Shown here one piece after another: positions 50,703-63,464 of a DNA stretch of 64,000 nucleotides. Source of the stretch: Azolla caroliniana (lineage: Eukaryota > Plantae > Polypodiophyta); assembly GCA_043228905.1 (NCBI GenBank), contig JBHGNT010000007.1, positions 19,778,001 to 19,842,000 of the forward strand. Direction: 5' to 3'. The stretch's first letter is position 1, and every line of letters starts with the position of its first letter. The position numbers and the translations under genes are program-made. Under the pieces are notes generated by a model. That model was given only the letters and a program-made list of their open reading frames with translations, was not told the origin of the DNA and made no database searches.

Positions 50703-53700
50703 CGAGTTTTTTGGTGCTTCATGCATCTTTTCTTCATTTGAATAGATGGCCACTTCTTGTAGGCCTCTTACGCTTCGACACTCGAGAGGCCCGACTTCTT
50801 CCACCACCTCTCCATTAATTACCTCATACCTAATCTTCTTCGTTTTGTTTTTTACTAGATATGACATTCTAGATAATACACTCCACGGATCAAATGCATG
50901 ACCCCTCTCTCGCTTTCTCTTTTTTTTTCTTTTTCTTTATCGTAAATAGCTTGTCTTGGTGGTAAGTGGTTAGACTACTCGCCCTAGGTCTTGGGTTTCA
51001 AAACCCAGCTTTCTCACCTCTCTATTGCCTCAAGGGTCAACATTCGGTCCTAGACGTCGTTAACATATCTTTCTTTCTAGATATTACTCCATACATATCC
51101 TCTTAATTTATTAGATGCCGCTATGGAATGTAGGGGTTTGAACACGTGACCTTCTTGTCTCTGTTACTCAATACATATCCTCTCTGTTGGGAGTACACAT
51201 CCCGTTATTATATATTCATTTGTCTCAGGGGCCAATTATGGTCTTAGAAGACAATATATCTTTCTTTCTTCTCTCTCTCTCATGTGCATTGTTGGCACCC
51301 CTAGCTCTCACCCTTTGTCCCCAAACTGCGCACTTGACACAACATGGCCTCGTTGCCTTCGATTTCTTTCTACCTTGTCTCGGGCTTCCTGCCCAAAATG
51401 ATGCATGCGCCGCTTCTGTTTACAATAGTAATCCTCAATCTAAACATCTAAGTTTCTATCGTTTTTCAACCTCGTTGTGTATTGTCTTATTGCAATCAAC
51501 TAGGAAATAAGAGCTCGATAAAAATCGTTCTCATTGGGTCACATCTCGGTTTCTATTGGTTATACCTCACTAAATGTCATCTTATTGCAATAAACTAGGG
51601 ATATATGACCTCATACGAACACTATGATTGAGGTGCACATAATCAACTTCATCTTTAGCATGTTTAATCTAAATGACATTGAGTCCAAGAAATTTACACC
51701 ATTTTTCCCGTGGTGGGGACAAGTTGCTACTAGTATCAACAATGGAATGTGATTGATTGTCCATAACACCCACCGCACCGACTTTAGCATGTCGACCTCC
51801 ATTACTGAGGATTCGGAGATTAATAAGGAAACAAAATGTAAGACTTGAGTTCTCTTTCCATGTTATGCGCTACGAAGTTTCTACAATCCGTGGATCATTC
51901 CCAAATGAAATTTTGTTCATGTTTATTACCTGCTTTTAAATTGTTTCATTGGAACCAATGGTGATTTCAAACTCAAGATAATTATTGTTAACATTAATCC
52001 CCACCTATGATTATTAAGCAACTCTTAGACACTAACTAGAAAACTTCATGGTAAGGCTAAAAGTCTAATAAAAAAAAGCATAGGAAGCCACAAAAGTTAT
52101 GATAAAAAAGACTTGTAGGTTGTCAGTCCTGAAAAACTGACAGGCCTACTTACATCTAATGATCAAGTGGATAAAGTGCACGTGATGATGTACAACATTG
52201 TAAATTACAAAAACACTTTAAAAAGTCGTGGCTTTTCAATTTACTGAAAGTCGGCATTTTCGAGGACACGCCTTCCAACTTGCAATAGCCAAACAAAACA
52301 CGTATCAATTTGTCAAAGGTAGTTGTTTGTGTTGAACACCAAGCATGTACGTTGCTTAGTAAATGATAAGGGAAATTACCAAAAATCATCTATATATCCT
52401 CGATCGAAGTTGGGTTCATCATCAGATAAAAATTAAGATCGAGCACATAGTTATCCAAATGCCAAATCATTATCAATATGAAGTATCAGCTTTTATCAAT
52501 CATTTAGGAAAAGAGGCAAACCTCAAGTGGCTGTCCAAGTGGCCATCCCTACATAAACATTTCCCTACAAACTCTTTGTGTCAATCATGCAAGAGTCATG
52601 TGAGTAATGCACCACAACTCAAAAGTAGAGATGATGAAAAAAGGGCAACACTCATAAAGTAGGGTGGGGTTGAAGCATTGAGTATTACAAAGTATGTCGT
52701 GTCCACCATAGATTCTCTATCCATTGCTTTGAAGATAGATGTACACCTGCAAGGGGATGCAAGGACCATCTGCAAAGGATGAGGGCCCACACGCAATAGA
52801 GAGAGAGAGAGAGAGAGGTAGAGAGAGACAAATCTATATAGAGAAAACTATTGCATCAAATTTTGATGTTCCTCCTCATAAGACATGCCTCTATTTTCAC
52901 TACAACAAAATGTGCATTTTCGAGTGATTGTACAAATGTTGTTGTTTTAAAAGTAAAATTATGAAAAAAACATCACTCACTGAAAAATGTGTTGGAAAAC
53001 GTTGGAAACTTAACGCACATCTTTAATGCTATAACTTGTGGCACTTTACCACTTCTCATATTTCTTCTAACGATAGCTTCGTATCAAAACTTTGAAGTTT
53101 CCACATTACCAACGTCGTTATTTTCTTCATCTATAATTGCCGAAAATCATCACATTTTTTATAGCAAAATAACAATGCCCACACTTTTGACGCCAATGCA
53201 TTACTACATTTGCGTTGGGAATTCTTGTAGATACATTGATAAGCAATGTATGCAATTATGACACTCTTGACCATTATGTTGATCCCGGAAATCCTAACAC
53301 GATAAGTTCAACCAAAAAAACATATATTGTAACCCATCACGAGCTGTTTCTAACTAAGTGTTGCATTCATATTGTTTGTTGACAGCACTATACCACCAAA
53401 TAATTTCAATGTTGAAGTTCAAAATTTTACTATACAATCGATTAAAGGTGAATGTGAAATACGAGCTTGAACGAAATGTAAGGTTATATAAACAAGAAAT
53501 TGGATTTTTAGTATAAAAATTGGATTCATGCTAGTGTTATCAAAAATATTTTTAACAAAAGCATCTTACAAAAAATTGAGCATGCAAAAGCTAATCTAAC
53601 ACCCTCTAAACTGTTGGATCAAAATCGGGTTCCTCATTTACCAAGACGTCAATTTCGTGGAAGTGATTGATATAATTGTTTGCAATAGCCTTTGTAGTGT

Positions 53701-56229
53701 TCATGACCAATTTTATTATCCTTCCGATTTGAATTTTCGAGCTCCTATATATTTTGGTCCCTACAGGGAAACAATTAAGAAATCAAGTCACACTATCAAC
53801 CAAAGTTTCTAACTATTAATAATGGACATGCATATACATGGATGTAGAATACGTAGTTGATTGGAATAATATGAAGCTCCTGTTGATGAACACTCCCAAT
53901 TTTATATCCCTATTTGATAGGAGGTATATCTACCATACAAAACTAGTATGGAAAAAGAAATAACAATCACACACATTAATAATAAAATTATGAATCATGT
54001 AAAGAAAAGCGAAAATTTATAAAATAGTCGAGTAAAATATCTGACTGACACTCCACTTCTAACATCTTTTCTTCTATATCAACATTTGTACTAGGCACAA
54101 GGGAGAGAACTTCAAAATACTAGGATACGGGCCTTCTGTCCCCACAGTGAAAGGGGACAAAGTTCATATAGCAATAAAAATGTAGATAAGTATAAAAGCT
54201 AGATTTGTTTACTTTTTAATTCTTTTTCACTTGCACTCTCTCGGCTCTCTTATTCAAAAGCACTAACCCTTGTATTAGTCAACAACCTAAGACTTAAGCT
54301 TAAACTTAACTTATATATTGAGCATGATTGGTCAAGTAACAAGTGTGTGTGTGTGGCATATTTTTTATTTCTCGAATTCATTATTAGGTAAGTGATTAAT
54401 TAAGTGATAAGCTTGAGTTAAGACTTACAAAATTTCGTTTACTTTGTATTTATCAAATTAATTCAATTTGTATTAATTACATAAAAGAGTTAGAGAGGAT
54501 AGCCAATAGAGAGTTCACTGAGGTGGACTAATTACTTCATTGGAAGCAGTTGAAGACATTGGACAACCATCTTTCCCCATCTTGCCAAACATGAGGGTAG
54601 ATACATATTTAAACCCTTAGGAATGAACTGAAGAGAAGGCAACCCACAATCTCAAACCTCGAGGAGCACTAGGTTTGCGATTGCATTTGGACTTTGTTTT
54701 GATCTAGGGCTTGAAAGTTCGTTGCATTTGCCATCTAGCCAACGCTACATCACAAAAGTAGGCCACACAAAGACTCCATTCAACAAATAAGCCCCTTACA
54801 TGAATTTCTCTTACCTAGACATCATAATATTATTCTTGCCTAAGATTCGACATACCAAAAGATAAAGCATAGTTTAAAAAAGAACTTGCAAACGGTGACT
54901 ATGAAAAAAATTTAAATAACAAAACGTAGATTAACCTAAAAGTTACACAATAGCCAAATTAGGGGTTCGAATCAAAGTTGAGGTCCACCGCTTTGTTAGA
55001 ATCTTCTCAATTACATTCCCATCGGTGTAGTCTCTTCCCCCTCAAAGCAGTCGAATTGTGTCCACACATGATCATCCTCATAAGGACACTAGTGCTTGAT
55101 GAAGATAAAAGTCATAATTTTCACTTTCAAAGAAATTACCAATCAATAACAAAGTCATACCTACCACCCTCCATAATCCATCTAGATCAATCCTCAAATT
55201 ACTAGCACTCTCCACCATTGACGAATACCACTCTCACCCTTCTCAAACTATCAGAAGTGAGAGCTCAAGGCACTTAGCTTCGTGCTTGATTTTGTGACAC
55301 TTCTAGGAGTTGCTCAATCAAGAGTTATTGTAAGGTGGTCGAGATGTTGGAGTTCGTATGGAGTGTCAATATCATGGATTTATTTACTTTTAGGAAGAGT
55401 TTGAACTAGGTAGCAAGGTAGTTCATATGCATTTTCAATAAAGATATCAAATATAACATAGTTTGCATCATCACCATCTAGTATGACATTGATTGGCGAT
55501 TCCTCATATGAAGATATCACCTCTAAAGTCTCAACTAAAAAATGGCAACTTGCTCTTTCCAAAATCTATCAAATTTGGAAGTTGCAACCACTCGGCATGT
55601 TTTTTCACATGGATCTAAATTTGGGCTTCATATTCAAAAAGTATATTGTATATCGGTTATGATCAAAATTAATTGATTTATCAAAATTTGTCAACAACAA
55701 TATTAACATTTTGGTTATCCATTGAACATACTTAAGATTATGTATATTGATGTGGATTATAATCAAGAATGTATATGGCAACACCTTCTAACACGAGAAA
55801 TTCTAGTTGAGTGGGTAGGTTAGTGAAAGTCTTCTAACATATACCATACAATTGATAACTATTCTTTTCTAGGTTAAAGCCCTAAATTCCACACGACCCA
55901 AGGCTTTAAATTCGTAAGCTCTAACCTTGTGCTTGAACCAAGTGTAAAAAACTGTACTATCAGTTTTCTAATTTGTTCCGCAACATGTTCATGGATCACT
56001 CTTAAACAACTCAGCATGTCATTAAAACAATATTTGCACATAATCTATATTTAGACAACATTCAATGTGCAGAGAAGGAAAATTTTGGTAGATTTTGGGG
56101 TTACAACCAACTGAGATCTCAATGCATTCCAGTATGTGCATATATATTTGGCATATTACAACATTGCGAATAGGACTGCTAATTGTCCTATCCAAAGATA
56201 GTGTCCTATTTGTTGTATTGATTTTCTTC

Positions 56230-59023
56230 CTAAGACAGCTTCACTTCCACATCGACTCCGGCTGGTATATCAAGTTGCATAAGAGAATCAATTGTATCAG
56301 CATTTGGATTCTCAAGTTCTATGAGACGCTGATGTGTTCGAATCTCGAAGTGCTCCCTTGAGTCTTTATTCACATGTGGAGACCTTAGCACACAATAAAC
56401 TCTTCGTTTTGTAGGTATCGGTATCGGACCCATAATCTTTGTTTCAGTGCTGCGGGCAGCATCTACTATCAATTTTGTGGCTTCTTCGATCTGGGGCACC
56501 CAGAATGATCGAAGTTTGATGCGTATCTTTTGTTTCGGGATAGCCTATAAAAAGAAATAATTGAGTATTAATTCCCAAAGTAGACAAGGTGTTGTGTGCA
56601 AAACCAAAATGTGAAAAGCATTGCATATAGATTTATTAGACACTATAATTCCTGCAGATGTGATGATAGTGTAGAGGTAAAACTTACATTTTGTAACCTC
56701 ATGGAGTTTAAGTTGAAAGTAATGAGTTTAATGTCAGGTTAAAAGACTTCCCTAATAGTTGAATATGTTCTCATAAAACAAAGGCTTTACAAATTCCTTT
56801 GCCACCACCCAAGGTAATGCTAGTAATAAGATATAAAAGGTAATGCTAACAATACAGATATAAAAGGCAATGCTAACAAAATGAGAAAACAAATTCATCA
56901 AAGAGATATCTCAGGCTATGAAAAGCATTTACAAAGGCTATTATAAGATGTCGATAACAACAATAAGTTTTGAGTGTTGGTCCTAGAATTTATAGCCCTA
57001 TATTGAACACATAGATAGTCCTCTTTTTTACGTCCACGGGAGACCAATTGCAATGTATGGGACAGGGCCTAGGCCATGGCAAAGATCAAACTTTGGTTCT
57101 CTCAACGATGCTAAACCACCAAGGTAATAACTGGAGAGAGTGCTGGGGTGGATTCAATATTACCAAATAACATTATAGAGTTTCAATATGACGGAGCAAC
57201 ACATCCACTTTTCATGCTTCAATCTACTAACCAAGGGAGGAGCCTCTGCTCCAGATGCCCTCAATTGGGCCGCCTGGAGTGAGCGTGGAATGCGCATACA
57301 ATCTCGAACCAATGTAGGAAAGCCTGAACTTCTTGACAAACCACATATCCGCCAACCATCAAAAGAAGCAAAGTTAACAGAATTCTGGAAAATTTAACCG
57401 AAAAAAGAACTTGTTAGTGTGCACTTACAAATTGAACAATGGGAAGAGCGAAATGAAATGTTATATTAACTTCTTAAAAATGCCAGAACAACCTAGGCAA
57501 CCAAAAGTTACACGATCATCTAATGAGATTAAGGCCATTACCAAGTCATGTCAACCAAGGACATCGGTTCGATAGTCAACTAATGACAATTTTTTGAATC
57601 CATGAGCCGAAACAGTAATTTTCTACCAGTTCTTTTCAGAGTGTGACACACACACACACATGCATATGTATGTATGTGTGTATGTGTATGTATTTATATA
57701 TATAACTCACTGTTAAAGCTGTAAACGAAAATGCGAGGTCCCATGCATCAGAAATACCAATGAATCCGAGGGTTAAGATATAAACTTATATGTCAGAATG
57801 ACTGGAACAAATCATGTCCTTATATGGATGATCAGGATTATGATTGAATGCATCTAAGTAAGGATCCATGCTAGAAATGGCTTCCATCATAATAATTGAA
57901 TCAATTCAAGTGACTTCCATTCAGATGGTTGAGCTATTAAGCACCTCTATTCTTCTCAATTTGAAGGAACGATCAACATGCATTATATTCAAATAGTACA
58001 ACAACGAAAAGAATAAACGCTATTGGATTGACTTGCACTTCTACAGAGTTCCCTGAGCAAGGGAGACCTTTCAAGAGGTTTTCTACAATGCCACAAGCTA
58101 GGTTAAAGCCATTCTCTAGAACTCTATTGATAATAATGCAAATTTCTTTCTTTTGCCAATTCCATTTCAAACGAACTGCATGGTTCTCAAAGATAGTAGT
58201 GATGGCTTCTCTCAACCTCCCAAGACAGATCGTAGTTCAAGATGAGGATATCAGCATATACCTAATCTAGTTGAATAAATGCAGCAGAGGCTGTCGAGAA
58301 AAACAATGCATAACTACACATAGAAAACTCACCAGCTATCAAGAAATAACTGTTCACATTAGTCTACTTCAGCACTCTTTCCTGTTTTAAGCTTGAGCTC
58401 CAGATTGTAACAAAGGAAAAGCTTCAAAAATACTCCGGATGGTTTTCTTTATTTGCTCGAATGCCCCCGAGTTTCACTTTCTCTTCCTCTTGAAAAGGAA
58501 TCCTCCTCAATCTAGCATTCCTCTTCTACCATTATCATAATAAACTTCTCTCTTCTTATTCTTTGAGTTTCTCTCTCTCTCTCTCTCTCTCTTCTTCTTC
58601 TTCTTCTTCTTGGAAAGAAATCCTGCTCAATCTGGTATTCCTCTTCTACCATTATCATAATAAACTTCTTTCTTTCTTTCTTCTTCTCCTTCATGGGCAA
58701 GGAACCTTTGCATGCCATTCCAATAAACTTCTTTCTTTCTTTCTTCTTCTCCTTCATGGGCAAGGAACCTTTGCATGCCATTCCAATAAACTTCTTTCTT
58801 TCTTCTTCTTCTCCTTCATGGGCAAGGAACCTTTCCATGCCATTCCAAACGCAACACAAGAAAAAAAAAAGGGGGGAGAAGGGGATAGAAAAAAAGAAAA
58901 CAAGAGAGGGGAAGGAAAACAAACCTGGGGAGAAACAGAACCGCGAAAAAATGAAGGAGAAGGCCCTGTTCCTGCAACAGCAAACCGAGTGAAAGGCGAT
59001 GGTGGAGAGAGATAAAGAGCCAT
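56230..59023 (-). CDS. RPS10: Plastid 30S ribosomal protein S10 (nuclear-encoded, with transit peptide), 3 exons
   Basis: KQKIRIKLRSF...GPIPIPTKRRVYCVLRSPHVNKDSREHFEIRTHQRLI...LDIPAGVDVEVKL. Phase-0 GT-AG exons 59023-58925, 57384-57232 and 56544-56230 give a Ser/Pro/Arg-rich transit peptide. Confidence 0.93.
58500..58848. repeat. Intronic tandem repeats (~64-bp unit x3, plus a duplicated upstream segment) in RPS10 intron 1
   Basis: TAAACTTCTTTC...CCTTCATGGGCAAGGAACCTTTGCATGCCATTCCAA occurs three times. Confidence 0.88.
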
Positions 59024-59064
59024 GGAAATGGAAATTTCCCCGACCGCTCTGTGTCTCTGTCGAT

Positions 59065-59345
59065 CTTATCAGCAAAAAACTTATCAGTAATTCCCCAAGG
59101 AAGAATGCCCACTTATCAGCAAAAGCTTATCAGAATTTCCTAATGAAGAAGACCCACTTATCAACAAAAGCTTATCAGAATTTCCCAAGGAAGAATGCCT
59201 ACTTATCAGCAAAAGCTTATCAGAATTTCCCAAGGAAGAATGCCCACTTATCAACAAAAGCTTATCAGAATTTCCCAAAGGAAGAATATCCACTTATCAG
59301 CAAAAACTTATCAGAATTTCCCAAGGAAGAATGCCCACTATCAGC
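59065..59345. repeat. 45-bp tandem repeat (~6 copies) immediately upstream of RPS10, two GATAAG per unit
   Basis: CACTTATCAGCAAAAGCTTATCAGAATTTCCCAAGGAAGAATGCC units at 59110, 59155, 59200, 59245 and 59291. Confidence 0.92.
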
Positions 59346-59574
59346 AGCAGCTTCTCAGTATGTAGTATTTCTCAAGAAAGAATGCAGCCCCACTAGAAAG
59401 ACAAAGGCAGCAGCTTTTTCAGTATTTCCCAGAGGAATGCCCACCACCAGCAGGAGTCAGGTTTTCAGTATTTCCAACAGAATGCCCCTCACCTGTTTTC
59501 CTTCATATTTCATTGCGAGCACCTCTTCGGCTTCCATATCTCCGAGTTAGCGGACACCATATGAATGAATGAAT

Positions 59575-59679
59575 GAATGAATGAATGGCTATTGAGACGG
59601 GTGCATATGATGATGGTGTGAACTGACCAAAGATGCGTATATATCATATGTGCTCGTCTCGGTAGCCATTCATTCATTC
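59575..59679 (+). other. Inverted repeat / hairpin (37-bp arms, ~31-nt loop)
   Basis: GAATGAATGAATGGCTATTGAGACGGGTGCATATGAT pairs with ATCATATGTGCTCGTCTCGGTAGCCATTCATTCATTC. Confidence 0.85.
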
Positions 59680-59742
59680 GTATAGTTTGCTAACTTAGCT
59701 CGAGCGCATTCAACAGGCCCATTAATGAAAACTTGTTTTTTT

Positions 59743-59773
<31 letters not shown>

Positions 59774-60500
59774 GTATCTATGGAGATTAGGATAAAACAT
59801 ACAATCAAATTCATCCCCTTTTCTTTGAATTGTAATCATTGTATCAAGTAATTGTATGGCCGATCCATCCTCTTCTTTCTCTACATATTGAGGTGGGTGG
59901 AGAGCATTGAGCATGGGGTATTCTATTTGCAGACATAACGAAAACTTTAGGGGTATCTACCAAAACATAGGCATTTTAGAGCTTTTTTCCAATCCTTAAT
60001 GAAAAGGGTATTTACATGTGGGTACACGTTATCCTAATGGTTTATACCCTATACTTGATGTACAAGGTTATAAGTTTGAGCATCACAAATGTCCCTTGAT
60101 ATAGTATTTGAATTTGTTTTTATATCATGAATCAATCGCTTCATGACAACGTACTTCAATTTGGTCCCTTTTCTTCAATTTATGCTTGTTATTTGAGCAA
60201 TTTACATGTGTTCTCTCTACTTGGCGAGAATGTTTTGGTGAAATTACAAAAACTTAGGGGTATCTAGGAAAACGTGGCCATTTTGAACTTCTTCCTAAAT
60301 TTAATTGTCTCGATTCTCATTTAATTGAACACTTCTAAGAATGACCCGAAACTTCCTTAAAATTGTGAAATGCGATTGCAATCATCATCATTTTCTCCTA
60401 TAATTGGAGTTGGGGTGAATGTGAAGCATGTCCAAGAAAGCTTAATGTAGGAAAGAATAAGGCTTTGATTGTTTTCATAAGGAAACAATCCCTTACTTTT

Positions 60501-60569
60501 ACCTCGATAGCTTGATGGTAGAGCAATCAATTAACTAATCGGCCACAAGTTCGAATGCTATCTAGGGAG
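60501..60569 (+). pseudogene. Decayed organellar-type tRNA-Asn (trnN-GUU)-like sequence
   Basis: ACCTCGATAGCTTGATGGTAGAGCAATCAATTAACTAATCGGCCACAAGTTCGAATGCTATCTAGGGAG is colinear with plastid trnN as I recall it (TCCTCAGTAGCTCAGTGGTAGAGCGGTCGGCTGTTAAC...GGTTCGAATCCTAC.TGGGGAG). It has many transitions and a damaged anticodon loop. Confidence 0.55.
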
Positions 60570-61550
60570 ATTCATCATCATACACCTTCAGTGAAATTAA
60601 AGAGTTTTTTAGATAATGATGGTCTTCTCTTGCAAGATTACTTGATTGTCTTAATTTCGTCAATGTTACAAAAAAGGCATGAACTGGTCCATGTATAAGG
60701 AATCATTCTACTTCTTGTCTTAATCTTGCATAAATCGATTTGTTGACAACCCAAATTCCACTTTCCAAGTGTAATATTTATTACTCTTGTCTTCGGTTGG
60801 GGATTTTGGTCCAATATATTAATGTTTTGGAGCACAAACGAAGGAGCTATATCAATCTTGAATCATGTATTAATGTCTTTGTCATCAACTTTCCTAGCCT
60901 CTTAATAATATAGTCGGCTTGTGTATCAAAACAAATACGAGACTTGAAAGCCTGGCCATAAACGAAATCTGAAAATAGCCATCCCAATGGCTATGTTCAA
61001 GGCGGTCAAAAATAGATATCATGACCACAAGGAGAGAAATCCCATATAACATACAGTTCTTATCAAGATTCCTTGATGGTGCCATCCTGAAGCTCATATC
61101 TATGCTTTGTTGATAAGGTGGTTGAGAGATTATAAGGTACATGCATGTTATTGTTACCACCATAAAAAATATCCCGATTCAATATTTGAAGGATGCTTAT
61201 CCTTAGTTTCCAAGTTAGGGGTCATGCTTGCATCCACTTCTCAAAGGAGCTTAAGATGTTTCAAGGATAGTTATCCTAAGCATTTAAGACTTCACTGTGA
61301 CTGGGGACCAAGCTTCACATACTTCAGAAGGCCATAATGACCCTACCATGATCAAATATACTTGTGATATTTGATGCATGCTTATCCTTTCAATTTTGCA
61401 TTTCAAGACTGATAGAGCGATCGGCCTGACATCAGAAGTTGGTAATAGACAACCCACCCCCCCCTCCATTTTAAGAGAGACAGTTTAGATTTACAACCAA
61501 CATATCAACTCCCCATAACTTCATCTTGGTCCTTGCAAATAAAAATTGTA

Positions 61551-63464
61551 TCATCTAATCCAATCTAGCTGTACCACTTGTTCAAAAGCGAATTTTGCAA
61601 GGTTGGCATTGCCCAATTTTTTACATGCATCTATTAAAGCACCCCAAACCACTGGATAATCACATGATGGGATCTTCTTAATCACAGCCATCGCCTCATC
61701 AAAGAGACCAGCACGGCAAAAAAGATCAACCATGCAAGTTTGATGCTTCGAGTTGGGAACAATGCCATATTTTTCACTCATAATGGTGAAATACATTTGA
61801 GCTTCATTCACCAGGCCCGCGTGACTACATGCATTCAGGACACACAAGAATGTAACTGTGTTTGGTAATATGCCCTCACACTGCATCCTCTCGAAACCAT
61901 TTAATGCTTCCTCACTCTGACCTTGTTGGGCAAAACCCGAGATTAATGCATTCCAAGAGACTACGTTCTGTAAGGAGAGATCCTTAAGCACTTCTTGAGC
62001 TCTTGTGAGGGCACCACATCTTGCATACATATCAACCAATGCAGTGTCAAGCATGATATCCATCCCTAGGAACCCTTTACTGATAATCTCTTCATGGATT
62101 TTTTGGCCTTTACTGATGGCTCCTATGAGACCGCAAACCTTCAAGATGCAAATGAATGTGATGGAATTTGGTGAGAGGCCTTCCCTTTGCATTCGTTGCA
62201 AGCAATTAAGGCTTTCATCTCCCCTCCCTTGGTAAGTATATCCGGAAATTAACACATTCCAAGATGCAGTGTCTCGAACAGGAAGCTCACTTAGGACTTG
62301 CTCTGCGTTTGAGAGCTCACCACATTTTGCATACATGTCCACTAAAGCATTTCCAAGAACGATATCCTTGTCAAGTAAACCCTTGCTGACAATCTCTTCA
62401 TGTATTGCCTTTCCTTTGTCGATGGCTCTTGTGCTACCAGAAGCCTTTAAGAGGCATGTGAAGGTGACCACATTTGGAGATAAACCCTCCTTTTGCATCT
62501 CTTCGAAACACTTTAGCGCTTCCTCGCCATGGCCATGTTGAGTATAGCCATCTATAAGCATAGACCAAGACACGATATCCCGAACTAAGAGCTCATCGAG
62601 TACTTCCTTAGCTTTTGAAAGGGTGCCAAATCTAGCATACATATCTACCAGAGCATTCCCTACCATGGTATCATTTCCTAGTAGCCCCTTCCTTACAATC
62701 TCCTCATGAATTTGTTTGCCCTTGTTGATGGCTCTGATGCTACCACATGCCTTCAAGATGCATGTGAAAGTGATAGGATCAGGAGAGAGTCCATCCCTTT
62801 GCATATCATCAAAGCACGTCATGGCATCTTGGCCTCGACCTTGCTGGACATATCCTGATATCAATGCATTCCATGACACAATATCTCGATTTCGAAGCTT
62901 ATCGAGGACTTGCTTTGCTTCGGTGAGAGCACCACATTTGGCATACATATCCAATAACCCATTTCCAAGAGAAACATACTCCTTCTCTAATCCTTTGATT
63001 ATAACCTCATTATGGACTTGTTTTCCTTTCTCGATCACACCTGAGCCACTACAAGCCTTTAAAACACAAGTAAATGTGATGCAATCAGGTGAAAGACCCT
63101 CGATTTGCATCCTTTCGAAGCAATCTAATGCATCGTCGCCATAGCCTTGTTGGGCATATGCAGAGATCAATGCAGACCATGTGACCACATCCCGGAAAGG
63201 AAGTTCTTCGAGCAATCTATGTGCTTTCTTGAGAGCTCCACATTTGGCGTACATACTAATTAAAGCACTACCAACATAAGGGCTGATTTGAAGCAAACCT
63301 TTGTTCAAAATAGTGTCATGTAACCTATTTCCTCTGCATAGATCCCTGGCTTTAGCACATGACTTCAATAAGCCCACAAAGGCAAGATCCTCTCTGTGAT
63401 GATGCGCTTCCTTTCTTACCTTTCCTAGACAGAGATCCACATTTCTTGAGCTTAGAATTGGCAT
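61551..63464 (-). CDS. PLS-class pentatricopeptide repeat protein with truncated E domain (putative organellar RNA-editing specificity factor)
   Basis: Intronless 637-aa ORF with repeated P-L-S triplets (DVVTWSALISAY / TFTCVLKAC / GNALVDMYAKCG). It continues through TFLCVLNACSHAGLV, HQTCMVDLFCRAG and VVWGALIDAC, then stops. No DYW domain. Confidence 0.93.
   Translation of the reverse strand: MPILSSRNVDLCLGKVRKEAHHHREDLAFVGLLKSCAKARDLCRGNRLHDTILNKGLLQISPYVGSALISMYAKCGALKKAHRLLEELPFRDVVTWSALISAYAQQGYGDDALDCFERMQIEGLSPDCITFTCVLKACSGSGVIEKGKQVHNEVIIKGLEKEYVSLGNGLLDMYAKCGALTEAKQVLDKLRNRDIVSWNALISGYVQQGRGQDAMTCFDDMQRDGLSPDPITFTCILKACGSIRAINKGKQIHEEIVRKGLLGNDTMVGNALVDMYARFGTLSKAKEVLDELLVRDIVSWSMLIDGYTQHGHGEEALKCFEEMQKEGLSPNVVTFTCLLKASGSTRAIDKGKAIHEEIVSKGLLDKDIVLGNALVDMYAKCGELSNAEQVLSELPVRDTASWNVLISGYTYQGRGDESLNCLQRMQREGLSPNSITFICILKVCGLIGAISKGQKIHEEIISKGFLGMDIMLDTALVDMYARCGALTRAQEVLKDLSLQNVVSWNALISGFAQQGQSEEALNGFERMQCEGILPNTVTFLCVLNACSHAGLVNEAQMYFTIMSEKYGIVPNSKHQTCMVDLFCRAGLFDEAMAVIKKIPSCDYPVVWGALIDACKKLGNANLAKFAFEQVVQLDWIR

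Noticed and set aside
51560-53800. Possible highly decayed hAT-like transposase remnant on the minus strand
   Set aside because: It looks like broken coding sequence, but I could not identify a convincing catalytic motif, TIR or TSD. A tBLASTx or RepeatMasker run is needed.
59065-59345. CRISPR-like array (also considered for 63700-64000 and 20264-20355)
   Set aside because: Units are head-to-tail with no unique spacers, there are no cas genes, and the context is eukaryotic.
58999-59550. 183-aa repetitive ORF on the + strand
   Set aside because: It arises from the stop-free 45-bp repeat and overlaps the RPS10 start antisense. No independent coding evidence.
62005-63144. Antisense ORFs over the PPR gene (similar ones over CRY, the channel and gypsy pol)
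   Set aside because: Shadow frames of real coding sequence on the opposite strand.
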